The notes beneath the pieces were generated by a model, which ran no database searches, was not told the DNA's origin, and saw only the letters and a program-made list of their open reading frames with translations. From the IMG/VR virus record IMGVR_UViG_3300035673_000003, positions 1-61,545 of that record: a stretch of 61,545 nucleotides of DNA. One strand, written 5' to 3'. Source of the stretch: a virus. Taxonomy: Duplodnaviria; Caudoviricetes. How positions within the stretch are numbered: position 1 is the first letter of the stretch; the number at the start of each line of letters is the position of its first letter. The position numbers and the translations under genes are program-made. Of the stretch, positions 36,168-44,500 are shown one piece after another.

Positions 36168-37310
36168 ATGAAGGTCGATCTGAGCGTTGAAACGAAGTTG
36201 GTTCGCACGACGCGGATCAAGCAGCTGTCGAGCATGTTCGACGTGCCGGCCGCCGAGAAGCTGGCGCACCAATGGTCCGGAGAGGTTCCGATTGAGGAGC
36301 GCGACTGGAACGTGGGGCTGATCGTCGGGCCTTCGGGCGCTGGCAAATCCTCCGTCATGCGCCAGATGTTTGGCGAGCCGCCGGTGATGAAGTGGGAAGC
36401 GGCGTCGGTCTGTGACGACTTCGACAAGCGTTTCAACATTCAGGACGTGGCGGAGATTTGCTCGGCTGTCGGCTTCAACACCATTCCGTCGTGGATGAAG
36501 CCGCACGGCGTCTTGTCGACCGGGGAGAAGTTTCGCGTCGAGCTCGCGCGGCATTTGCTCGAGGGCGGCGATCCTATCGTGGTGGACGAGTTCACTTCGG
36601 TGGTCGACCGCCAGGTGGCGCACATCGGTTGCCACGCCGTGCAGAAATACGTTCGCAAGAACGCTCGGAAATTCGTCGCCGTCACGTGCCACTATGACGT
36701 GCTGGAATGGTTGCAGCCGGATTGGATTTTAGAACCGGCTACAATGTCGTTCCAATGGAGGTTACTTCAACGAAGACCCTCTATTGATGTCGAAATCGCA
36801 AGGGTCGATCACTCGGCGTGGAAACTTTTCGCTCCGTTTCACTATCTGACCGGGGAATTGCACCGCGCCGCGTCGTGTTACGTGCTTTTCGTTGGCGGCG
36901 TGCCCGCTGCCTTCCAAGGCATCCTGCACCGTCCGCACCCGACGGCGCAGAACATCAAAGCCTCGTCGCGCGGCGTCACGCTGCCCGACTATCAAGGCCT
37001 CGGTCTGATCTTCGTGATGGTTGAGACGCTCGGTGCCGCCCACAAGGCGATCGGCAACCGGTTTCGGACCTATCCGGCGCACCCCTCCCTGATCCGCTCG
37101 TTCGATCGATCGGATAAGTGGATCATGACGAAGGAGCCGGGAAAATTCTCGAACCGGTTGAGCGAAAGCTCGAACCTGGGCGGCCCGCGCCGCGCCAAGA
37201 TGGGATCTCGGCCTAACGCCGTGTTCGAGTATTGCGGCCCGGCGATGGGCGATCCGGTCACGGCGCGCGCCTTCATCGACGGCAAGTCCACGGCGTCCGT
37301 CGCCGCATAA
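36168..37310 (+). CDS. ABC-type ATPase fused to GNAT (Mom-like) acyltransferase
   Basis: GPSGAGKS, LSTGE signature, VVDEFTSVVD and VTCH; C-terminal FHYL...RGVTLPDYQGLGL acyl-CoA motif. Confidence 0.85.
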   Translation: MKVDLSVETKLVRTTRIKQLSSMFDVPAAEKLAHQWSGEVPIEERDWNVGLIVGPSGAGKSSVMRQMFGEPPVMKWEAASVCDDFDKRFNIQDVAEICSAVGFNTIPSWMKPHGVLSTGEKFRVELARHLLEGGDPIVVDEFTSVVDRQVAHIGCHAVQKYVRKNARKFVAVTCHYDVLEWLQPDWILEPATMSFQWRLLQRRPSIDVEIARVDHSAWKLFAPFHYLTGELHRAASCYVLFVGGVPAAFQGILHRPHPTAQNIKASSRGVTLPDYQGLGLIFVMVETLGAAHKAIGNRFRTYPAHPSLIRSFDRSDKWIMTKEPGKFSNRLSESSNLGGPRRAKMGSRPNAVFEYCGPAMGDPVTARAFIDGKSTASVAA

Positions 37311-37481
37311 TCTCGCGGTGGCAGGGGATCAACTCCATGATCGTCTGCCACTCGCGCGCGCGGGCGTGTCCGCCTACGTGTCCGCTCGCGCCGCCGCAAG
37401 GTCGGCCGTTATCGGAGAAAAAAACCGCGTGTCTTTGGATATTTGGATTGTTCAAGGATCGCCGACTGAGGGGAGCGCACA

Positions 37482-37697
37482 ATGAGGCTCGCAACAGCGA
37501 TCAAGGCCGCGTGGGAGAAGCACGGCGAGGTCGACTTCGATCTCTATGAGGCCGAAGCGGAGCGGATGGCAGCGGAGATTGTTCGAGCAATCCCGCTGCG
37601 ATCCATTATTCGCGAATGGCTCGCCCGAAGGCTCGCCGCATCGCGTCTTAATCGGTGGTGGTTGGCGGCGACGACGTTGCCTGATCCGCTGATTTGA
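37482..37697 (+). CDS. Hypothetical protein (71 aa)
   Basis: GGAG RBS; 3' end overlaps the convergent cassette gene. Confidence 0.45.
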   Translation: MRLATAIKAAWEKHGEVDFDLYEAEAERMAAEIVRAIPLRSIIREWLARRLAASRLNRWWLAATTLPDPLI

Positions 37698-37899
37698 CTT
37701 CGTTGCAGCGCGGACAGGGTATTCCGCGCTTCGCCTCCGTCACGGTGTCAAATTGATACCAGTCGGATTGGAAGTGGCATTTCCGGCACTCGAATTGAAC
37801 GACGGGTTTATCCTCACCGGCGCCGGCATCGCAGACGTGCATCAGCTGCCCCCGCGTTTTACGCGGGGGCCTTTCGAACATTTCAGACTGTCTTGCCAT
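37648..37899 (-). CDS. Zn-ribbon protein (83 aa)
   Basis: MHVCDAG...FECRKC...CPRCN; GGAGG RBS. Confidence 0.7.
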   Translation of the reverse strand: MARQSEMFERPPRKTRGQLMHVCDAGAGEDKPVVQFECRKCHFQSDWYQFDTVTEAKRGIPCPRCNEVKSADQATSSPPTTTD

Positions 37900-38269
37900 C
37901 GCTGACGACCTCCTGCAGTCCGGTTCCTCCGGACGCGTGACGGTCGGAAGCGGCGAGCATCTGCTTCTGCAGCCGCTCCGTGGCCTCGCGGTAGACCCGC
38001 TGTCCATACTCGCTCAATGCGCCGGGGCGCACCAAGCGGGCGAGAACGGCGGTCCACTGCGCTCCGGTCAACGTGATCGGAACCTCCGCCTCTGGAAACG
38101 GTGCAGCAGGGCGATCGTGATCCTCGACGATCTCGCGGACGCGATAGATCAGCCCGTTGATTGTCTCGAAAGCGTCCTCTATTGCGTCGTCGCTAGTGTC
38201 GATGTCGTATCTCTCCATTCTCGCGATGGTGCGGAGTAGGGCGAAGGCTTTGCTCTCTGGGTCTGTCAT
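37883..38269 (-). CDS. Hypothetical protein (128 aa)
   Basis: AAAAAGGAGATCA leader. Confidence 0.75.
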   Translation of the reverse strand: MTDPESKAFALLRTIARMERYDIDTSDDAIEDAFETINGLIYRVREIVEDHDRPAAPFPEAEVPITLTGAQWTAVLARLVRPGALSEYGQRVYREATERLQKQMLAASDRHASGGTGLQEVVSDGKTV

Positions 38270-38298
38270 CGTGATCTCCTTTTTGTGTGTTTACGGTT

Positions 38299-38733
38299 TC
38301 AGTCGAAGGGCAGCGTGATCTCCTTGCCATCCGCAAGAATGACGACGCGGTAGGCTCGCTCCAGGTCGCTTGGAGCGATGAACGTTTCGAAGTCCAACAT
38401 GCCGAGCCGCTGCCGCGCGCAAAGGCGGCAGTTGCCGTCGACGATGTGGCGCTCGCCTTCGCAGTCCAGGCTCAAGACTGGCTTCGCCAGAACGTCTGGC
38501 ATCTGGCAGAAGCGGAGGACCTTCGGCCAGTCGATGTTGGCGGTGTGTGCCGCCGTCTGAGGCGGTATCACCGACATGGGGCGCCGGATCGGCGGGCCAA
38601 AAAGGCCCGCCTCCGCATCCTTCCGGATGCGCGTGATGTTCCACATGATCGCCTTGCCGGCGATGCTTGGGTCGAGGTCGTAGACTTCGTCGGTGATCGA
38701 GCATCCGATGAAGTCGATCCGCGGGTCTGTCAT
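38299..38733 (-). CDS. Stand-alone ParB/Srx-like protein (144 aa)
   Basis: KPVLSL...RHIVDGNCRLCARQRLG resembles the IVDGxHR ParB/Srx motif. Confidence 0.6.
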   Translation of the reverse strand: MTDPRIDFIGCSITDEVYDLDPSIAGKAIMWNITRIRKDAEAGLFGPPIRRPMSVIPPQTAAHTANIDWPKVLRFCQMPDVLAKPVLSLDCEGERHIVDGNCRLCARQRLGMLDFETFIAPSDLERAYRVVILADGKEITLPFD

Positions 38734-38903
38734 TGTCTGATCTCCGTTTCAAAATAGCGGCGCTCCGCTTCGTGAACCTCTAGTCCATAGCCAGCGTTCA
38801 CGTCGACTTGGCATCGCTGCCGGAATTGCTCGCGAGTGAGCTTGGGCGGCATTGCATCGAGAATGTCCAAGACATACTCCTCGTCCACGTCGTCGGTCGT
38901 CAT
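38730..38903 (-). CDS. Acidic hypothetical protein (57 aa)
   Basis: AAAGGAGATCA leader before ATG 38903. Confidence 0.7.
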   Translation of the reverse strand: MTTDDVDEEYVLDILDAMPPKLTREQFRQRCQVDVNAGYGLEVHEAERRYFETEIRQ

Positions 38904-38916
38904 GTTCTGATCTCCT

Positions 38917-39318
38917 TTAGAGGTTGAGTAATTCAAGCAACGCTTGCGGCGCTTCCTGCAGGGATTGAACGCCACGCCACGGCACGAACGGCACCGGACG
39001 CGAATTCCGCAACACGAGCGCCCAATGCCCGCGCTGATACCACTTGCTCTTGTGATCGCGGACACAGTCCACGATCTCGGTGATGCCGATGATGCCGCCC
39101 TCCGGAAGCAGGGAAGGCGGTCGAACGCCATAGTGGCGCTCGATCTCGGCGGCGGTTATGTCATCGCCGCGCTTTGACGCGTGAACGATTAACGTTCCGC
39201 GGTACTGTGTCCGCCACGTTCTGTTCTCGACGTCCTTTAGTCCGTTGACGATCAGAGACGCCCACGGTTGCTTTATGGCGAGGACTTTGGCTTTCGGCAG
39301 CATCTGGTTTCCTGTCAT
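38917..39318 (-). CDS. ASCH-domain protein
   Basis: LAIKQPWASLIVNGLKDVENRTWRTQYRGTLIVHAS...GGIIG...DC. Confidence 0.9.
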   Translation of the reverse strand: MTGNQMLPKAKVLAIKQPWASLIVNGLKDVENRTWRTQYRGTLIVHASKRGDDITAAEIERHYGVRPPSLLPEGGIIGITEIVDCVRDHKSKWYQRGHWALVLRNSRPVPFVPWRGVQSLQEAPQALLELLNL

Positions 39319-40168
39319 TGAGAAGGTCTGTTGTTGTCGCCACGCGCCGCAGGTCGTGTTCCATCTGCAGAACGTGTTTACGCACCAGCACTAACCGATC
39401 CGCCATGAGCAGAAGGCGATCAGGAGAGACGCGCTGCGCTGCGACGCATTCGCCTTCCTTAAAGCCCGACTGGATCATGTCGGCCACGAGGTTGATCTTC
39501 CTTTCCAGCCGCGAGAGCGCGGCCAGGTCCTGTTCGGACGCGCGCGGCATTTCGCCGAAGGCGTCGAGTTGGTTCTCCGCATCGCGCAAGGCGATGCAAG
39601 CGTGTTTCACCTGTTCGGACGTTGTGAATTTGCCCGCGCTTATCGCGCGGACCATTGCGATCTGCCGAGCCGGTGGAAGGTGCGCCACGCCTCCCGCCAT
39701 TGTCGACGCGAGCTGTCCCGAAGCCACGAGAGCTTGCACTTCGGGGATCAGTCTGAGCAGCAAGACGCGCTGTTGAACGAGCGCCGTGCTTTTCAGTCCT
39801 AACTCGGTGACGATGCGCTGCGCGTCAAAACCTTGATCGAGTAGGAGTTGAAAGGCGTTCGCCTCCTCGATAGGGTTCATATCCTGACGCTGCAGGTTCT
39901 CCACGATGGCGCGCAACGCCATTTCGTTCTCGTCGATCTCGACAACCTCGGCGCGGATTGTCTCCTCGCCGAGCAGCTGGTGAGCGCGGAAGCGACACTC
40001 GCCGGCTACGATCATGTAGCGGTCCGCTGCGATCCTCCGCAGTGCGATCGGTTGGATAAGCCCGCGCACCTTGATGGACGCGGCCAGCCGTTCAATGTGT
40101 TCCTGCGGGAACGCCTTGCGCGGCTGGCCGGGGTTGGCGATGATTTGTTCGAGTGGGATCATCGTCAT
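39161..40168 (-). CDS. ParB/Spo0J-family protein
   Basis: NPGQPRKAF...LAASIKVRGLIQPI...IVAGECRFRA...IVENLQRQDMNPIEEA plus HTH. Confidence 0.9.
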   Translation of the reverse strand: MTMIPLEQIIANPGQPRKAFPQEHIERLAASIKVRGLIQPIALRRIAADRYMIVAGECRFRAHQLLGEETIRAEVVEIDENEMALRAIVENLQRQDMNPIEEANAFQLLLDQGFDAQRIVTELGLKSTALVQQRVLLLRLIPEVQALVASGQLASTMAGGVAHLPPARQIAMVRAISAGKFTTSEQVKHACIALRDAENQLDAFGEMPRASEQDLAALSRLERKINLVADMIQSGFKEGECVAAQRVSPDRLLLMADRLVLVRKHVLQMEHDLRRVATTTDLLNDRKPDAAESQSPRHKATVGVSDRQRTKGRREQNVADTVPRNVNRSRVKARR

Positions 40169-40413
40169 CGCGAGAGCTTCCTTGCGAGCGCGCGCGCCAC
40201 GGCGTCCTGGCTCCACAGTCCGTATTGCCCCTTGAGGGTCGTTCCGAAGGACTGCAGCTCCTCGACGATGACCGGCGCGGCCTTGTCCGCCACGCTGCCA
40301 TAGACGCGATACACTTTGAGGAAGCGGCCTCCGGATTGAAAAACAGCGCCGGATGGGATCTCGGCGCTGCGCTCAATCATCGGCGGTGGGAAGAGGTCGA
40401 ACTGCCTATTCAC
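40165..40413 (-). CDS. Hypothetical protein (82 aa)
   Basis: GGAGG RBS; coupled to parB. Confidence 0.65.
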   Translation of the reverse strand: MNRQFDLFPPPMIERSAEIPSGAVFQSGGRFLKVYRVYGSVADKAAPVIVEELQSFGTTLKGQYGLWSQDAVARALARKLSR

Positions 40414-40666
40414 GATCCGCCTCCACTGCGACGCGAACGCCTTCCTTAATGCGCTCGCGGCACGTCGCCTTCATGCAGAATTGCTCGTAGTCGGACCAAG
40501 TCTGTTCGCTGTTTTGCGTCCCTGCTCTTGAGAGGAATGCCAACAGCGCCTCATAGAAGGCATTCTCGGCTGCAACCTGCCAAATGGAGCCTTCGTCGTC
40601 TCCGCTTTCGGTTCGTTTCGGGAACGCTTCGATTGCGAGGCGGAGAATTTCACCAAGTTCAATCAT
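40406..40666 (-). CDS. Acidic hypothetical protein (86 aa)
   Basis: GGAGG RBS; operon packing. Confidence 0.65.
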   Translation of the reverse strand: MIELGEILRLAIEAFPKRTESGDDEGSIWQVAAENAFYEALLAFLSRAGTQNSEQTWSDYEQFCMKATCRERIKEGVRVAVEADRE

Positions 40667-40817
40667 GGCGCCCTCCCTCGATCACGCGGAACGGGCCGAC
40701 GCGAGCGCCCGGCTCGGCGGCCTTCCTGATATCGGCCACAATGGCGTCCTGCTTGTCCTGCGGGATGCCCATCGCGTCCCATAGCCGACGCAAGGCTGTT
40801 TCGGGGTCGTTATTCAT
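40659..40817 (-). CDS. 52-aa hypothetical protein (not in the ORF track)
   Basis: MNNDPETALRRLWDAMGIPQDKQDAIVADIRKAAEPGARVGPFRVIEGGRHD after AAAGGAGATCA. Confidence 0.7.
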   Translation of the reverse strand: MNNDPETALRRLWDAMGIPQDKQDAIVADIRKAAEPGARVGPFRVIEGGRHD

Positions 40818-40939
40818 CTTCTGATCTCCTTTTCAGAGCCGACATTTGGTAGTAGGATCAGGCCACGTCGGCGTTTCGGCCTGATCTCCTTTTCGCTGGC
40901 GAGGGCCGCGACCTGTACCGGGTCGCGGCCCGCATCGTT

Positions 40940-42697
40940 TTAGCGCTTCGCCTTCGCGGTCTTTTTCGCAGATGCCTTTCTCGCGGGTCCATCGTATCCG
41001 GACACGCGCAGCTGCTTCGGAAGCCACTTCGTCTTTGACACGTTGCCGACTGCGAACTTCACAGCCGACGCCTTGTCCATCTTCGCGACGGTCGCAGCGT
41101 GATCGTCGCCCATCGCTTCGCGGACGGCCTCCACGATGGTGGCGCGGGATGCCGACGTGAAATAATCTTTCGCGTCGAACTTCTCGCGCAGCGCGGCGTT
41201 CAGCGCCTTGCTGTCGATCGCCTCACACAACGCCTTGAACGGCTTCTCCTCCAAAGCCGGTAGCTTGCTGTACGGCTTTGCGAGGTTGACCGACTTCGCG
41301 GCAACTTTCGCGAGCTCCTTCACCAGTTCGGCGGTCGACAGTTTGAGCGCCGCAGCGAAGGCCGTTTCGAAGGCAGTACGTCCGCGCGATCCTTCGGCGC
41401 GGACGGCGCAAGCCTGATCGCCACTGGCAAATCCGGCGAGCATCGCGGCGAGCGCGACGTTCGAGGACTTGTCGAGTGTCGCCTGGGCGGCGGCCGTCAG
41501 CTGCTCGGCCAGACGCGTCACGAGATTGCCGGGGATCGCGTCCTCGGCCGCGACCGGCTTTTTTGCCTCCTCTTTTCCGCCCGTAGCCGCTTTGGCTGCG
41601 ACTGCGGCCTTCGGCTCCGTGCGGCCGTAATCGACCGACAAGCCTTCGCGCCAAGCAACGGAGACGAAACAGCCGGCCTTGGCTTTCTGTTGCGGAGTGT
41701 AGGCGCGCAACTTGATCGCCGTCTCCAGCGCATCGTATTCAGCGCTGGCCGCCTCGTTGCCTTCGTTAGTGGTGCTCTCGTCGTCGCAGATCGCGGCCAG
41801 TTCCTTGAGCCGCTTTTTCTCCGTCGTTGTCGGTTTCGTCTCGACGTTTAGCCGTCCATACTGCCAATCGTTCGCCACGTCGGCGTCAGGCTTGGCCCAC
41901 GCCCATCCGTCCTTGACAAGCAGTTCGCATGTCGCGGCGACGAGCTCGCCCACCATCGTCTGCACGAGCGCGGGATCGCTAACGACGTGATCCTCTCCGA
42001 ATAGATCGCGGGTGATCTTTCCGCCGCGGGCTTCGTATGCCTCGGAGCCGATCACGCCGATCCATTTGCCCGCCTCGTTGTTGCCGATGCCGAGCGCCTC
42101 CCTGACGCGATAGGGATTGACAAAGCCTTCCAAGACAGTCTTGAGCGCCTTCGCCTGCAGCCTTTTGTCGGTGGACAGAGTGAACGTCTTGGCGACCTCG
42201 CCGCTGATCGTTCCATCTTCCCACGCCTTCAACACGCTTTCATCGAGCGAGCCAAGAGCGAGGCGTTGCTCGACGGCGCGGACAGGAACGCCAAAACGTT
42301 CCGCGATCTTCGCCGGATCGAGCGGCGCTTCCTTGTCGGTGTGAAGCGCAGCAAAGGCCCGATATTCGTCGACCGGGTGCATCGCAGTCCGCGCGACGTT
42401 GAGAGCGAGCGAAACCTCGCGCGCCTCCGCGTCCGTCTCGGGTCGGATGATAACAGGCACTTCGCAGTTGTCGGCAAACTCGCCGGCCTTCTGCAGAGCT
42501 TGGAGGGCGGCCAAGCGTTGTCCACCGTCGACAACGAGGTATCCCTTGCCGTTCGGTCGAACGGTCAACGGTTGCCGCAGTCCGATCGCCCTGATGGAGG
42601 CGACGAGGACGGGATCCACTCCACGGTTGGCGTGGCGAACGTTCGCCTTGTCGTCAATGCGGAGTGCCGAGAGCGGCAAAGTGGTTCGGTCAGACAT
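40940..42697 (-). CDS. Long ParB-like protein (plasmid/ICE accessory type, 585 aa)
   Basis: ANVR...LVASIRAIGLRQPLTV...VVDGGQRLAALQ...NVARTAMHPVDEYRAF...IAERFGV..RAVEQRLALG; YEARGG.ITRDLF. Confidence 0.88.
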   Translation of the reverse strand: MSDRTTLPLSALRIDDKANVRHANRGVDPVLVASIRAIGLRQPLTVRPNGKGYLVVDGGQRLAALQALQKAGEFADNCEVPVIIRPETDAEAREVSLALNVARTAMHPVDEYRAFAALHTDKEAPLDPAKIAERFGVPVRAVEQRLALGSLDESVLKAWEDGTISGEVAKTFTLSTDKRLQAKALKTVLEGFVNPYRVREALGIGNNEAGKWIGVIGSEAYEARGGKITRDLFGEDHVVSDPALVQTMVGELVAATCELLVKDGWAWAKPDADVANDWQYGRLNVETKPTTTEKKRLKELAAICDDESTTNEGNEAASAEYDALETAIKLRAYTPQQKAKAGCFVSVAWREGLSVDYGRTEPKAAVAAKAATGGKEEAKKPVAAEDAIPGNLVTRLAEQLTAAAQATLDKSSNVALAAMLAGFASGDQACAVRAEGSRGRTAFETAFAAALKLSTAELVKELAKVAAKSVNLAKPYSKLPALEEKPFKALCEAIDSKALNAALREKFDAKDYFTSASRATIVEAVREAMGDDHAATVAKMDKASAVKFAVGNVSKTKWLPKQLRVSGYDGPARKASAKKTAKAKR

Positions 42698-42878
42698 AGT
42701 GATCTCCTTTTGGAGCGTTTGAAGTCGCCGGAATTGGCGCTTCGTTCCGCGCACCACGAGAGGATGCGCGGCGGCGAAGCGTCAGGAATTGTCAACCGCT
42801 TCCTCGGCGGTTCGCGCATATTGATAGTGGTCGAACGGCCCCGCGCCCGGTGCGCTGCGGTACCAATGCGGCCCGCCT

Positions 42879-43265
42879 TCATCCCACGTCCATCCCGCAG
42901 CTATGGCGGCCTGTGACGTAGCGTCGTCGCGACGCCGGATTGCTCTCGCGGTACAGCGCGACAGCGTCCTCCGTGGACGGGATTTCGACGCAGCGGGGAT
43001 GCTGCGCATCCGTCAGCATGTAGACGAAGTGAGGAACGAATTCCCAATCGAACAAGTCGGGGCGCTCCTCCGGGGTAAGCTCGTCCCAAACGTCGCAGCA
43101 CAGCAATGACAGCGCGATTGCCGCGTGGCGCATTTCGCCGGCGCCTCTCTGTTCGAAGCAATCAACGATGGCGTCCGGCTCGGCGTCGTCACGGGTACGA
43201 CGCTCGAGCAGCGCCTCCCAAATGCAACAGGCAGCCTCGGCGTGTTCGGTGAAAAGGTTGGACAT
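42879..43265 (-). CDS. Acidic hypothetical protein (128 aa)
   Basis: AAAAAGGGAGATCA leader; FDWEFVP motif. Confidence 0.7.
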   Translation of the reverse strand: MSNLFTEHAEAACCIWEALLERRTRDDAEPDAIVDCFEQRGAGEMRHAAIALSLLCCDVWDELTPEERPDLFDWEFVPHFVYMLTDAQHPRCVEIPSTEDAVALYRESNPASRRRYVTGRHSCGMDVG

Positions 43266-43339
43266 TGTCTGATCTCCCTTTTTGAAACAGAGACGGCGCG
43301 CAATCGCGCGCCGTCTGGTGAAGCGGGTTTAGGTTTCGG

Positions 43340-43681
43340 TCAGTGGCCGTGGTGCCAGGTCTTGCCTCCGTCGTGTGAGTGGTGGCCGTGGGCTACAGCC
43401 TGACGGTTAATAGCGCGTCCGGACATTTGCTCCGCGCGCGCAATCGCAGCCTTTGCGAGTGCCGATCCGGTCGCCATGACGCGGCGATAGATGCAAGCGT
43501 CGGTGACGCCGTCGCGTTCCTCGGCGGCGATGCCGTCGAACGTGACAGCGCCTTGAGGCCCGATAACAACGCGGACCTTTCCGGACGCCAGCCCCTTATT
43601 GACGCGGTCGAGGACGGCGCGCACTTCCGTGACGCGCTCTTGGATGGTCTGTCTCTCCTTCAATCGGGTATCGCACGGCAT
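43340..43681 (-). CDS. AAA-associated small protein with His-rich tail (113 aa)
   Basis: MPCDT..., RDGVTDAC, C-terminal HGHHSHDGGKTWHHGH; 2 nt from the upstream gene. Confidence 0.75.
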   Translation of the reverse strand: MPCDTRLKERQTIQERVTEVRAVLDRVNKGLASGKVRVVIGPQGAVTFDGIAAEERDGVTDACIYRRVMATGSALAKAAIARAEQMSGRAINRQAVAHGHHSHDGGKTWHHGH

Positions 43682-43683
43682 AA

Positions 43684-44466
43684 TCAGAGCTCCACTGCGT
43701 TGGCGGTTACAGTCGGCTTGCCCACCGGGCGAAGCGGGGCGAGGTCAAGCGAACGTCCTTCGACTTGCGGCGCGGCGATCTCGCCGGCGTCGTCAAAATC
43801 GAGGAACGCCGTTCGGGCCTCCTCAATGCGTCGGATAGCTTGGCGGTCGATCTCCGCCTCGCCTTCCTCCGCTGACTTCACGATCTGGCGAGCCGCGGAG
43901 CGCGCAACGTCAATCGCGTTCCGCACTCGGGCCGCAGCGTCGCCAGTGAGCATCGCGCCAATGTTGCGAGCCCGGTTGGCCGCATCGCGGACCGTCTTGG
44001 GGTCGAGTTTCTTTAGTCCGTCCTCCATCGCTTCCATGAGCTCGCGGACTTCACTGTTGATCGCCTTGACGGCTTCCACGTCGTCGGGCGCGATGCGACC
44101 GATCATGACGTAGACAGACACGTGGGTGAGCGTGGCAGTCGCGTTGAATTCGTCCGCGAGCCTCCGCGCTTCGGCGATTGCGCTTTGCAAGCTCTCGGAC
44201 GCGATCTCCGGACAGAGCAGTCCAAAGGCCGAACGGGAGCAAACGCTGCGGACGAGCGAGAGAGCCTTCGAACGCACCTTGATTGCGTTCTCGTGCTCCT
44301 CCGGGTCGCTGATGACGCGTTCGGTGAGCCACTTCGCTTGCCGCTTGCCTTCCTCCGTGACGTGATCGGCTTCGATCTCCTCTTTGTTGTAATTCACGTT
44401 GCCGCGAACAGAGGTGTTGAGGCTGACCAAGAGGCCGGGGCGGAGCGTGTTCATTCTGATAGCCAT
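43684..44466 (-). CDS. AAA-associated protein (DUF3150-like, 260 aa)
   Basis: AAGGA RBS; RSKALSLVRSVCSRSAFGLLCPE...EARRLADEFN pattern; family call by eye. Confidence 0.6.
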   Translation of the reverse strand: MAIRMNTLRPGLLVSLNTSVRGNVNYNKEEIEADHVTEEGKRQAKWLTERVISDPEEHENAIKVRSKALSLVRSVCSRSAFGLLCPEIASESLQSAIAEARRLADEFNATATLTHVSVYVMIGRIAPDDVEAVKAINSEVRELMEAMEDGLKKLDPKTVRDAANRARNIGAMLTGDAAARVRNAIDVARSAARQIVKSAEEGEAEIDRQAIRRIEEARTAFLDFDDAGEIAAPQVEGRSLDLAPLRPVGKPTVTANAVEL

Positions 44467-44500
44467 TGTGGTGGTTCCTTTTCGAATTGAGTTTCAAAAA

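Noticed and set aside
36168-37310. ABC transporter
   Set aside because: No membrane permease or substrate-binding gene is nearby, and the ATPase is fused to a GNAT domain.
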